Shown piece by piece: positions 35,501-48,229 of a DNA stretch of 64,000 nt. The position numbers were made by a program, and so were the translations under genes. The stretch covers positions 3,782,001-3,846,000 of the forward strand of contig JAYWIR010000011.1 of assembly GCA_036172245.1 (NCBI GenBank), in the 5' to 3' direction. Each line of letters begins with the position of its first letter. Position 1 is the first letter of the stretch. Origin of the DNA: Raillietiella orientalis. Lineage: Eukaryota. The notes beneath the pieces are model-generated. The model had not been told where the DNA came from. It was given only the letters and a program-made list of their open reading frames with translations, and did no database searches.

Positions 35501-37879
35501 ATTAGAGTCGCATTCCAGGAGTGCGACTTGGCTCCAAGTTGGATTCTTCGGTTCTCTCCATCCCCAAGAAACAATTCTGATTCTCTTCTATTGGTCTTCT
35601 ATTCGTCTTTCGATTAACTGGGATCGATCCTTCTGGTAAAAATCGATGTCACTAGCATATGGATCCTGACGACAGCGTCTCTCTCACGAATTGACCAACT
35701 TTCCTGACTCTTGTCCGTCTCCAACTTCGGACTCAACTCGTGCTCCCACATAAGGGTATCCTGAGTAATGGAGTCTACAATGCAGTGTTTCTCAGTGGAA
35801 CACCTTGTCGCTGATAAGATCGAAAGGATGGCCATCCCCTCTCGTAGAGACGGTTGGAACGGACAGAAACTGCGATGCGAGCACAAGTGTTAGAAACTGG
35901 CGATTGGATGAAGAACCCAGAGAGGAAGGCAACCATGAGAAATTGCACGACGGACGAAAGATAAGCTTTATCTACGTTTGGCATTGTGGCCATGGCGGCA
36001 AGCGAGCCAATTATGAGGAGGAATTTTTTATCAAAAAGCATCCTTAAATGCTGTGCAGTTGATGATCGATCAATCTGCATAGCAAAAAATCTCTCTCTCC
36101 CGAGGAAAGAAGTTCTAAGAGAAATGTTCGCCGTCCAACCGAGGAGCCCAATAAATATTCTTCCTATGCTGTATGGTTGTCGAGACCATCAGCTTGATTG
36201 TTCAGTCCACATATAGCGAAGGAATCCCCCGTCCACGCAGGAGCACCTCATCACACTTAGGATTCCAAAGCGGAGATAACGAGATGACGCCCCCCTTTCG
36301 TTTGCCCACTTTGAACCCGGGTACTGCATTTTCGAATCCACAGCAGGCGATTCACGAATCCGGTTTCCTTTCTGTGGGACCAGGTTTGAACGAGCTGGTA
36401 GATCCGAACCTGCCATCATGAGATTATCCAAGACCATGTTCCATTTCTTCAAGGTTGCCCTGAATCATGTCTGCATTTAAAGATGGAGAGGCTGCGGACA
36501 ATAGTTGTGAAGGCGAGGCAAGGTCTCATGCCACAGCCGAGAGCATCTCCCAGAATACTCTTCCTTTTCCTTTATTCTTGCACGTAGCAAACTAGTAGTA
36601 AGATGAGCACAGTCCTTATGTAATGCTGCCATTGTTTTCTAGAAGAGTACCGATATTGGCTTTGCAGCGGAATGTTAAGGGCACAGGGATCACAGTCTTT
36701 TCGATGCATCACTCTTGAAGTGCCATGATGCTACCTATTTCGTTCTCCCGGTCTCTCCAGAACCTGAAGAACGACGTCTCATGGCGTCAGTACTCACGAA
36801 AACTGTTGATGAATTCAGAATTTGGATGCTGCTCGCGGAACGGAAATGATCTTTTTTTATGTGAGTAATGAAGCTCTCAAGAAGGAGACTGTCCACGTGG
36901 AAACGAAGGAGCTAAGATGCAATCTGCTAAAATCTGGTAATGACGAAAACAGCCAGCAGAAAGATGGAAGTGACTTTCAGCCACAGAGAACCATGCAAGG
37001 GAAACTTTTAGAGAAAGGAATACCTACTGCGTGGGTATTACCAAAATTTCCTCTTCAGCTGCTTCTCTCTGGGTATCAACAAAGAGTCAACTGGTTGTTT
37101 ACTAACAGCAAACTAAGCAGCTTAGTGACTTTTCTACTGTAGGTCCTTTGTGAGGTGATTTCTTCCAAGAAGGCCTGCAAATCGAATATGCCAGATGCCA
37201 AAATTCGACATGTGGGCCCGAATTGGGTTACGTGTTTTCTCGAAGTAGGTGCACGGCATCCGACAGCCAGGAAACTTCAAGGTTCATATTTTTGTCGCTG
37301 CTACGGTATGAGAGAAAGCTCAAGAACGTAATGTAATTACTCCCAATAGCCAGATATTTAGGAGTTTGCAAATGAATCCTGCTTCCTTCGAAACTGGATG
37401 CTCAGAAGAACGGAGAAACATGGAGAAGGAAAAAAAAAGGCTGAGTAAATTCTTGCTGCTCAGCATTTAATATGCCTTTGTCTTGGTGCACCTCATGAGC
37501 GCCTCTTCCAGACAACCGGTGATAAAATTCGTTCAGAGCCATGCAGTCCGAGTTTCTTCATTCAGGCAGAGTGATATCACATATTGCTCACTTAAGATGC
37601 TTTGAGCTGAAAGCGCGGTAGCAACACTCACCCGTAAGACTTCCACTGGAGACCCCGATAACATTGCAATCATTCTCCGGAGAAACAGTTCCTGTCATGG
37701 AAGTCTGCTTTTTCTTTCTTCTTTAGCCATTGTAACTTGGTAGCCCCGAAACGTTTATATCCACAAAACAAAAGCAAACGAAGCAGAAAATTCGTCTTAA
37801 GAGACTATCTGAATGGAAGGAAGAAGCAGACACTGACTAGCAGATCGTCTAAAAGGACAGAAGGGCTTGGAGAAAAAAG

Positions 37880-40600
37880 ATCCATAAAGACGTAAAAAAG
37901 GAGGAGGAAAAACAAAACAGCCCACATCGAGCACAACCTCTGCCGCCTGCGGGCTATGAATAAGGCACCCTCCCTCGCTCGCCCTTCCGTCTCGACGCAC
38001 TCCTCGTGGCTGAGGAGGAGCGGCAAAAAGCCTTTGGTTCATTCTGGAGCGCCTCCGGAGGGATGCCACGATCCTCCCGACGACGCTACGCAGGAGCCAG
38101 GCTTGTGCCTGTGAGGCAAGAGAAGCTCCACGTCTGCTCCACGAGAGCGATGGCTAAGGAAGCCCCCAGTGAGCGAGGAGAGGGCCCTCTTCGTGCTGCC
38201 ACCTGAGCGGCGGCACAGGGCACCTCTCGAACGCAAAGGGAATGACGAATTCGGAGGGCGGAATGCTAGAATGGCCCAGCGGCGCAGCCCTTTCAAGCGG
38301 GTCACTGCGCGTTCGCCGCCCCATCAGTCAGCTGGTTCGTCGACCACTCTCCAAGCAACTTCTCTGGTCCTGGAGCCCCGGGAAGGAAATCTCCCAGTAT
38401 GTCGGTTGGCGACTGCCGTCTGTCTCCCATAGGGAGGATGGCACTCCGACCGAGGGATAGGTTAGGTTAGATTAGGTTAGGAACCGAGGGAGGAGTTCAC
38501 GTCATCCAGCTTTTCCCACAATCCTTCAGGGAGACTGCTCCCAGGTTGCGGATGGGGCTAACTCCGGTTCTCGTGATGCGGGTCCAGCTGCTCTCTGTCG
38601 TCTGGCGCCGTGCGTTGCAGTTTGCATGGGGAGGAGGCACGAGATCCACGGTTGTGCCTTCCGTCTCAACCGAGGGACGCTCTGCTGAAGTGGCAGCCCA
38701 AGAGACTTCCACGGATCTCGACTGAGAGATGGAAGGCACACCGCTCTCAGCATCTCTCGCAGAGGCAGGTGCCAACGCCGCACCCAATTTGCTTCGATCC
38801 GAGCCGCCATTCTGAAGTGGCGTTGCAGCTGCGTCCTTTGCAGAGTGAGGACGACGAGTCCTGCATCTCTTCGTGGGACCACGAGTGCTCTGATGCGAGC
38901 CTTAGTCCTTGTGGCATTCCTCAGTGCGGTCGACACGAGGCTGTCGGTGTGATGCCACGCCTTTTATGGAGGGAAGCAAACAAATAGCAGGGACCGGAGG
39001 AGGATGGAAGCGAAGATGTACCGAATCGAAGCCCACTCCGGCAATCAAAGCTCGCCATCGGGCCAGTGCCATCTCTGTCTTCTGGACGTAACCGAACCAG
39101 ACTGCATCAGGGCAAAACTTTCCCAGGGGCACGACAAAGTATGTCACCCATCTGTTCGCGGAGATTCCCAAGCGGATCCACCTTGTCTGCCCTGCCCGCA
39201 CCGCACCTACAGGAATGTCATTCGATTCCGTCTTGCTCGCGCTGATGCCTCTCTTCGGACGAAGCAGCTTGAGGCGACCCCGGGATCGACGTAGGGAGCA
39301 GAAGGAAGACATTGGTCGGCGTACAGGGACAGAAGGATAGCTGGGTCTCCAGAGTTTACCTTCCTGCGTCCCGCACTAAATTGAAAAAGATGCTGAACAG
39401 CGTGGGATTCGGGCTGTCTCATTGTCTGGTCACCGCAAAAGCGACATCCATGACGGCAGCGTCCTAAGGTGACCTCTGGAGGAGGGATGTGGAAGATTTG
39501 TGATTAAGGAGATTTGTGAAAGGTTCAGGCGTTCCAGGAGCTTCGGAAGGAGTTCCTGGTTTATGCAAGTCGAGAGCCTTTCCGAGATCGGCGACTACCG
39601 CCAACAGTTTCGGCGTTTCCCCTGCTTTCTGACGTGTCCGTCTGTGCCTTCCTGTGCTCTCCTGGCCTTGCAGTACTGATCAGGGCGATCTTCTACTGCA
39701 GACGACACAATACGCGCAAAGAGAAGACTGTTTTCTCCGTGAAATCATACTTCATCAGGATCTTTGATAGAGTGTGATTCTCACGAAACTCCTTGCCTCT
39801 GCCGGGGAACAGTCTGCGACACTTCCGGAATGAGCAGGGAGCTGGACACTTGCTCACAGTCTCAACTTGATGTGCGAGTTCACCAAAGCGATCGGACACC
39901 GGCTGCTCGAGCCGCGTATGTTCCCTCTCCCTTTAGGGAAGAGGCGGGCTTCAGCTGAAGGGAAGGTGGAAAGCATCTCTTCCCTGTCCCGGATCGGCAC
40001 CGTGAGCTCTTCTACCAAGGAGGACAATTCTTCCGCGGAGACTTGAAAAAATCGCGCTGGTAGTGCGTCCTCCCCTTCACGCTTTTTTAGCTTTTCGAAA
40101 GCTGCGGCAATCTCCCCCATCGAAGAGGGTATGCCCAAGCGTGGGTGCTCGCTTAAGTGTCCTCCGGAAGCAACTGCTCTGCGAGCTCGCACCCGAAAGG
40201 AGCCTTTGCGCACAGCAAGGAGTGGAAGTCTCCAATGAATTTCCCCGCTCGTGGACGAAGCCGAACGCTCCCTGCCATGTTCGTCCAGCAGACATGCGGC
40301 TCTTGTATTGTCTGATCTGTCGTTCGACCTCCGCCTTGCACGAGATGAGCCTCGTTACATCTGGAAGCCAGCAGTGGCTTGGCACCTCTGAAAGAGCATG
40401 CTTGTTCCCGGTGCCTTCTCCGAATCCTTGGGGCAGGAGGCCGTAGGGTGCATCCTGGCCGCATGACTATCGTATCGAGCTCTTGAAGTGGTTGCAGGCT
40501 CACAGATTGCTAGCAGCAAAGACACTTCAGAAAGCTCAGAGTTGTTCCGCGTCTTCCGTATGTCTAAGCCAATTTTCCAGTATCCTCCACACATTCATCA
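37880..40600 (-). mobile_element. Decayed L1/Tx1-like LINE ORF2
   Basis: GEDALPARFF, ARLFPKG..RCPIALVNSHIKL, VVADLGKALD, SLYADQ, LVVPRRDAGLVVL, WEIS..EWSTNQLTDGAA, KGLRRW; T-rich 3'-UTR at ~37880-37920. Confidence 0.88.
38458..38482 (+). repeat. Interstitial (TTAGG)n telomeric tract, about 5 units, flanked by a 9-bp direct repeat
   Basis: taggttaggttagattaggttagga between accgaggga (38449-38457) and accgaggga (38483-38491). Confidence 0.85.
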
Positions 40601-41249
40601 GGGGTGCGTTTGCAGGCGGATGCAACTCCATTTCGATCCTGAAATGGGTCTAGAATGAGAGGGTCATCGGTCGATTTAACTGTCTTTTCTGCCTAACTGA
40701 CAGCACGAGGTGGTCGTCCAGGAACGCGTTTTTGACCGAGTCTTGAGACTTATTGCTCACGTGTATAGACGCGCACAACTCGCACACCTGCCCTCGATGA
40801 CCTGTCCAACGAGCGTCATCAGACGGAGATTGATACTCCCTGTTATCAGATGTGCCACGTTGGGATCCGCGCTGCTGAGTCAGTAGTTTCCGAGTGAGCC
40901 GAAGAACCGAGTTCCTTTGGTGTGGCACTCTGTGATATGCTTGGCGCGTGAGCGTTCGATACGACAAGGTCTATCGCGTCGGACCCACTCGACCTACTTC
41001 ATCGATACGGAGGACGCACACGGCATCATATGCTGTGACGTCGCACGTGTGCGAGGAACTTCCATGCCAATGAGGATCATCTTCTGTGCGCGCTTCGATT
41101 TCTGCAGCTTCCTCTGTGGAAGTCTCGTAAACATGCTGAAGGAAAGGTTGAAGTGACTCACAAATCTTCAGAAAGCTCGAAGAATGTATGGCCGCAAAGA
41201 GTCAACTCCCGCTGCGATCAGCTGGGCCGAGTGCAAAAGGCAAGAGTAA

Positions 41250-41960
41250 CAGAAGACAGTGCACCAAGAAGCCTCACCAAGGAGCTAAAAACGATGGGCG
41301 TAAGGAGACTTCTCCACGCAAACAGCTACGCACGTGTGAAGAAAAAAAAAAAAAACTGCATCGAACACAAGTCAAGGGCGAAATGGTCAGCCCGGAGCAT
41401 ACCAACGCGGTCGCGGTTCGAACCGTGGGTGCCAACTTGCTCTATGCTGATGCCTCGTTCAGGTCACGCTTGGAAGAGGTCACGAACGCCTCCGGGAACA
41501 GCGCAAGCTGAGCAGGGGTATCGCGCGGAACAATAACATCCGAGAAGAGAGCATTGGCTGTATCAGTCAACTTGCAAAAGGCTTTCGACTGTCTCCATCA
41601 GGGGCTCCTTGTCAAGCAGCTGGAACTATTTGGTTTCGCAGACAGTCTTCTCGGTGTGGCGCAAATCTCGATCTTTTTCCGCGGTCTGCTCATCGGAGGC
41701 ATGAAGGTCAGACGGAGGATTCTACAGGGAGATTCCTTGAATCGGACACTCTTCAGTCTGTTCCTGGAACTTGTTGCTAACGCGTATCACATTCCAGCTC
41801 GCTCGACTTCAACGGCAGTCCGGTGTGGTATTGAACGCCGACGACGTGCTGCGCCTACTACGTGAGCATCAGCACTTTCTTCTTGCCATTTGCGTCCAGC
41901 AGCTTGACACTGCAGCGGATCTCTGCTCCGCCTTTTCGGCAGCGTTCGTTCTGGAGCCGA
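41250..41960 (+). mobile_element. Decayed LINE reverse transcriptase fragment
   Basis: VSPEHTNAVAVRTVGANL (cf. ISSEHTDAVTRRSTEANL in B), VNLQKAFDCLHQ..LELFGF, RRILQGDSLNRTLFSLFLE, NADDVL (mutated YADD). Confidence 0.88.
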
Positions 41961-44632
41961 GGCGGGTTTCACCCATCTCCCCCTCCCGGAGCGTTGGTGA
42001 GTCCTTCCACCAGCTTCCAGTTCACCTTAACCTTTCCCTTCGGTCTTCTTCTGTGAAGAGTTGGATGCTCGGAAACTGTTCCTTTTTTATCAGCCTTGAT
42101 AAAGAAGTGTTTGAGAGTAGAAAGAAATCTTTTTTTCCTTTACCCTTTAAGCAAGCTCAACATGCTACACTGTGACCTGTATTTTGTCTCCCTTCGAGAG
42201 TCAGTGTCGTTGATTGAGTGAGAATACCTTTCTCTGTTCGGGGACACAGAAAATGCCTGACACTCATAAAACACGGGCTGTAGACGGAGCTTTCAAGAGC
42301 AATCGAACACCCATAAAGTAAAGTTTGATGTTTTCTTGAAAACCTGATTTCGTTATGAAAGATCAAGTCTTAATGATTTCTCCCTCAACTGCAAGGCGGC
42401 TAGGAAAACAATTGCAAAATCGGGCAGCGAATTGCAGTCTGCAAGGGAAAGAACAGAGAGAAAAAGGACTCGCGTTAGTGGTTATTACTCTGAAGAACTG
42501 AACATTCACATTTTCGACCAGGTAACTAGAAACCCGCGCTAGCTGCTCCTCAGCTATTTTTTGTTTGTTCCGAAACACACTTAGGACTCATACATCTCCA
42601 ATAAAGACTCCATGATTAGTGCTTTGGTATCCAGCGCGTTGCTCTTCGGATACCAAAGTTTCATAGCAAAAATTCAAAGATTGGAAGGAGTTTGAACACC
42701 ACAGTTGTCGACCGGATGGCAAGCAAACGAACCTAGATATCAGTGCAGATGAGAGCCAATGATGACTTCCAAAGTGTCCCTTTAGACGCTTTTATTTACT
42801 TCCCCAGCGATGATTGGGGTAATAACAGCAGAATCATTCCGCTGGCACGTAAAAGAAAATTTTTGGATGATGATGATGAAGTTTTTCTTCTGATGTCTTT
42901 TCCCTTTCATTTGTTTTACATCCGGCTTCTTCAGAACTGATCGAAATTCCAGTTAGCAACGCCGATCGTTACGAGAGCCACTACGTCCAGCTTTCAGTGA
43001 TGAGCATCCTTTTCTTACCATTCTAAGCAGAAATATGGAATCCTTCAGTGGGAAATAGCTGCTTGAAAAAATTCGATACACCCCCTGCACATGCTGTCTT
43101 TATTGGAACCTTGAGGGTTTTTCAGAACATGCAACTGAGGTTTTTGCTTTGCCACACGGTCACCTGCAGCCAGTAATCCTTCCTGATGCTGTGAGTCATA
43201 TGAGAACGGGGAGCAGTTGACGATAGCGTGTAACGCCTTGTTAGCCTATTTCTCTATTAAATTTCTTCAGTTCGAGAGTCTCGTCAAAAGAAGGGGACAT
43301 CTGAAATGATGGGTGTGTTCCATCATTCGAGAGTTTGCTGGAAGTAGTTTAACCCTTAACCTATATTCCTGAAAAATTACACAGGCAAAGGTTCGCCGGA
43401 GTCGCCTATCGGCTAGGGAAGCGAGAAAGAAAATCTGTATGTCTGGATTCTGCATTTTTTCTTCTCGCCACTACACTGCAACAGCATGGTGGTAATCGGG
43501 GAATGGGTGCAGCCCTTGGAATCATAATTTCGGGATGAAGAGCACTGCCATCATCGATTTTTTCTATCTCAAGGCTGGCTACCGTATATATGAATTCTGG
43601 GTGCCATCCCCTCAGGGTTACCATCTCGGTGTCATCGCAGATCAGGGCGTCGCTGTCTTCCGCGTAGCGACTGCTGCTCTTTTCGGAAACTTTTCGGAAA
43701 TCTGAAAGCTGCGCAGCGATGAATCGTCCCACGAAGGCAACAGATTGCCTTGGAGATGGGGAATGTGTGCTTCCATTATTCATGATTCCAGAATTGGGAT
43801 TTTTAAAGCTACACTCGCGTGCTGCGGTAAACCAGAAAAATTTTTCCGTAGTCGTTCTGCAGATGGGGAAGTTTATGTCACGTGATGGAGCGGCTGTGCT
43901 GTTACAGGAGAGTCCTAGTTTCACTGTCAGAGGACGCAGTGAAGATAAACACGGACAAAGGAGGGTGACAGCTGAAACAAGGGACGCGAAAGTAGGCTAT
44001 TCTCACTGATGATTGGGAACACTCAGATGTTTCCGCTGGCGACGAAGTGTTCGGGGGACAGTCGCCTCGAAAAATGGACTCTTGCTTACAGAAAGCGGTT
44101 CCTTGCTCATTACTAATCCGATTCTTGACGTTCCGGGCGTTTGTGAACTCGGCTAGGGTTCCCAGAACTTTGAAGAGTCTTTTGTTTGAGCAGAGTGTAT
44201 CAACCTCCCTTCCTGATACGACTTCAGACTTCCGAGCTAATGGTGGGCGTGTCTGAAAAGATCGGTACACCCTTTTGGAAACTCTCCCAACACTTAAAGG
44301 ATCATTCTGACGCAGCACTGAACTGGAAAAGAAGCGCCACTTTCTGAGGGGAAGCATCTGGGAGAAAGCTATGCAGTTTCTGAGAGCACAGGGGCTGATT
44401 TTCTGGGCTTCTGGGCTCCCAGGGAGTAAACCCACAGTGCATCCACTTTGCCCAACATTGATTTTCTTTGCATACTGATATCACGTTACCTCTCCCACAG
44501 CGACTGATGAAAAACAGGATCGCCTGAGGTTAGAAGCGCAGCTCTGTTTTCAGCTGAGAGCAGCGCAGCCATGCCAACAGTCAGCTCATCATCACCAGGC
44601 AGATGCGGAAAAATGTGTTGAAAAAAGAAACA

Positions 44633-44670
44633 GAAAGAACAGCGTCTTCGAAAGAACAGCGTCTTCGAAA
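44633..44670 (+). repeat. 17-bp tandem duplication
   Basis: gaaagaacagcgtcttc twice, plus gaaa. Confidence 0.9.
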
Positions 44671-45779
44671 ACACTGCACTGCGCAGATTTCCTCAGACAG
44701 GTTTGCCACCATTCTGCAAGAAGGGATACTATAACACCCCCGATGGGCCGAGAAATGCGTGACACCACCACAGTGAATACGAGTCCGCATCCGTCGCGGG
44801 ATACCATCTTCATTTTTCGAGAGTCCAATCCTTGGAAAAGGAATCAGGTGCTTTCTTCCTGTAGCTTCATCTTCTTTGTCCAGCCTAGAAGCGGATAAGA
44901 CGCAAGTAGGGGACCAATCTTCCCATCCGTGCAAGAAATAGGATGGGACGCAGTGAAATTCCGGTTCTACATTATGGCGAGCGGTGCTCTCAACTCCACA
45001 ACAGGAGGCATGATGTGTGGATCGACCACGTCCAGGGACCGGCGGCGCACGGACGACGAAACTTGCTGGGCATCACCCAAACAACGCTCGGCGCGCAGCC
45101 TCCTCGTGACCTGAATTTCTGAGAAAAGAGAACCGCGTCATCATGCACGTACGGCCGAACTGAAAGCGCTCCTCTGAAAGTGCTCTGACGGCTTCTGGAG
45201 AGATGCTCGTAAAATGAACGATAAATCCCAATAACGCGGATGTTAATCAGGAGTTTCCGGAACGTCCGCTAACGAGGAGCGAAGGAAGGGATTACGGGAG
45301 CAAGGAGCTTTGCACTGGTAAACCACCTTCTTGTCCTAGCATTTCGTGCTCCGTTCGTTTGAAGTTGTGGCACGTAGCATCAATTGCTTCCAGTTCGTAC
45401 TGGACATCAGATTCATCCATCGAAAGGATGCCCGAACTTATGGATTTAATAGATGCCGTGCCCATATTGGATACTAGGGACAAGCGTAAAGTGTTCCACT
45501 TTTGTCGAGGGTAGAGATCTTCAGTTCCTCCATCACTGTTGTATTTTGGGGTGGGATCCAGAACCCACTGTGTTGCTATCGAAAACGCAAGCAGCGCACA
45601 AAGTGACTCTTCCTCTCCCCTGGGGCAGCTTGAGATTCCGAAAGGATGGATATAGACAGAGCCCATTCGGTGGATGAGGTTATTGGCCGGAAGCCGCTTT
45701 CCAGCCGCCTTCCCTTCTTCCCTTCAGTCGGTGAAGCCAGGAGTCGCGTGTCTGAATGCTCAATGACGAAAATAATGGT

Positions 45780-46220
45780 TCAACACTAAGGCAAAGACCC
45801 ATATCAAACTTGAAATCTTCTACAGCTACGATCCTGTTCACGGTGTGCGGTCCCTTGACTAGGAGGACGATGAGCTGGGAAGCACGGATAAATCTATAGC
45901 CTGAAAGTCGGATGCACACCATGAAGAGAGAAAGTGGCTCAAGCTGCGACACAGTCTAACGTATGGCATGATCTTTCCCTGTTCCCCGTCATTTTCTTCC
46001 ACATACCTCATGCAAACTTTTTCATAGTAATTGCATTGCACGACCATCTGCAAGTCTCCATCTGCAAACGTTGACTTCTCTCTCATACGATGATGGTGAA
46101 TTCATTCGACTCTTCACTCGGGAGTGACGTCCGCTGGGATGCTCCATCCAGGTGTCCTTTTAGACGACCGTGAATAGACTTGCATAATCGTGGCGACTGC
46201 CATTCCTTGGACCCACACAC
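45780..46220 (-). other. Possible decayed viral nucleoprotein fragment (weak)
   Basis: KSTFADGDLQMVVQCNYYEKVCMRYVEENDGEQGKIMPYVRL ends in a PYxxL motif placed as in mononegaviral N. Pattern recognition only. Confidence 0.25.
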
Positions 46221-48229
46221 TGCCGAAAGGGAAGCAAGGAGTCTCGGGAGAATGGCTGCAACTCCTTGTTCTGAGCAAAAGGCTGCGTTCTCGAATCATC
46301 GAGGTCAGCTATCTGATGAAGCAGCATCCGTAAATCATCCTTTTAGCAGGTCAGAAGAAAGGTAGAAGCGGTGGAAAAGGCATTTCTTTATGTGAATCCT
46401 GGATTTTTTAATTAGCTCATTTTGGGATCTTAAGCTGCTCTTTATGAGCGAAAGACCAGCACGTTTCCTCTGACGGAATGAACCATCATGTTCTCTTCAA
46501 CTGCACCTCCCTGATAGCACATCAAAGAAAATTGGGTACTCTGTCTTATATCTCCGGTTGCAGTGGTCTCTGCATCCTTTTCTTGGATTGATCAGTCACC
46601 CTTGAAAGATGTGCTTTCGACACCATCGGAACATCAGCTTCTTGCTATGGACTTTGGAAATTAGATTGCCAAGGTACCTCATTCACCTTTGTTTCGCATA
46701 TGCATCCACCCGCCAGGACCGATAGTAACACCCACAATCGAGTTCTGGAGACTGTTCTGCTTATGCCTATGAAGAAGTGGAGGACCAGCGGACGTGCTCG
46801 TGCACGTGCACGCTGCCTAGCGTCCAGCCTTCACGGATCCTCTGCCCCGTCTGTGCGCTCCGGCACCCTCAAATGGCAAGAAAGAAAGAGAAGACGAATG
46901 GGAACTCGAAAAGGCGGATGGTGCCATCCCCCCCCCCCTTGTGCCCAGCGAACCTCGACCTCTTTACCTTCACTATTGTGCAAAATAATGATTCCAGAAG
47001 GTTTTCATTGAGCTCATCTTTTTGACCTGGTTTCGTTCATTTTTATCTGAATACAGCAAACCTTTACAGTGATGCAAGCAAATGGAAGGGATTCCTCCAC
47101 CATGCCTTGCAGTAAGCTACCTCTTCATCGCGTTCGTCAGAATGAGATGTTCTCGGAAGGGCTGCTCATCACAGCCATTGACCCAACCTGCGCTTCCGGT
47201 GCACGTCGAGAGGATGCTGCATGTCAGAAGAAGCCATCTTTTTCCCGAGCGCCTCCTTTTAAGCTGTTAAGGATCTGCAGCTCTTCTGGGTGCCTCTTTG
47301 TTTCTTGAATTTCGGGTTCTCAGGAATTCCATCTCAAGTGCCTGCTCCCACTCGAGCACCCCTTTGGAGGACATTTAGGAAGTTGTTACTCAGCATTAGC
47401 CTCCTCCCGTTGTTTTGAGTTGTCCCAAGCTGCTTTTGATTTCTTGAGAGAGAAGGATTCGTCCAGCAGGTGCCTCGTCGGTCGATTTGGAGGACCAAAT
47501 CGGGTCGGGTATCTAAGCATCGACTTACAAGAGAACACACCAGCTTCAAATGTTTTCCGGCTTTCCTCCTAACCTTGAGCTTCTTGGTGTCATGCCTGTA
47601 AGCAATTGCTGATGCAGTGATGGACTCTGCACGCTGCCACACATCCTTACACCGTGTCCACGCTGTTGCTGGAGGGTTAGTAACTTGAGCTACGCCGAGT
47701 GGATGGCTTGATAATCGACAAACCTCAAAACCTGCGAATAAATGGCTCCTTGATGTTCGATACTGAACACATGACCACCACTTGGTCACTTGCAAACACA
47801 TGGAGCAGAGTGTGTTGACTAGAGGATGATTCTCTATCCTCTTCCGCCGACTGTGTGACTCCCGACGGTATTCCTAATCGAGAGTCTACTGCATCTTCAT
47901 CCAATCGGAAGTTTGTGTGCCAAAAGTGCGACTGATGTCATTCCTCGCTTCACTGCAGCCTTACATCTCCTGCAGCCATCTTCACTATCGAATTTGAATT
48001 CTTTGGGGGTAGTACGAATAGGTCTTGCATCGTTTTCACCCCTCGCAGGGGGCTATCCTCCTACTCCCTTCTCCGAAAGGAAAGCAAAAAGGCAGTGCAG
48101 ATTGGTGAATCCACAAGGACTGTTCAAAAATTTTATGGCAAAGAAGAAAAAACAGAAAAGAAAACCGTTGACTCGCAATCAGGCTACACAGAAGGGCAGG
48201 GAGGTATAGGAGAGAATCTTGCCGGGTAT

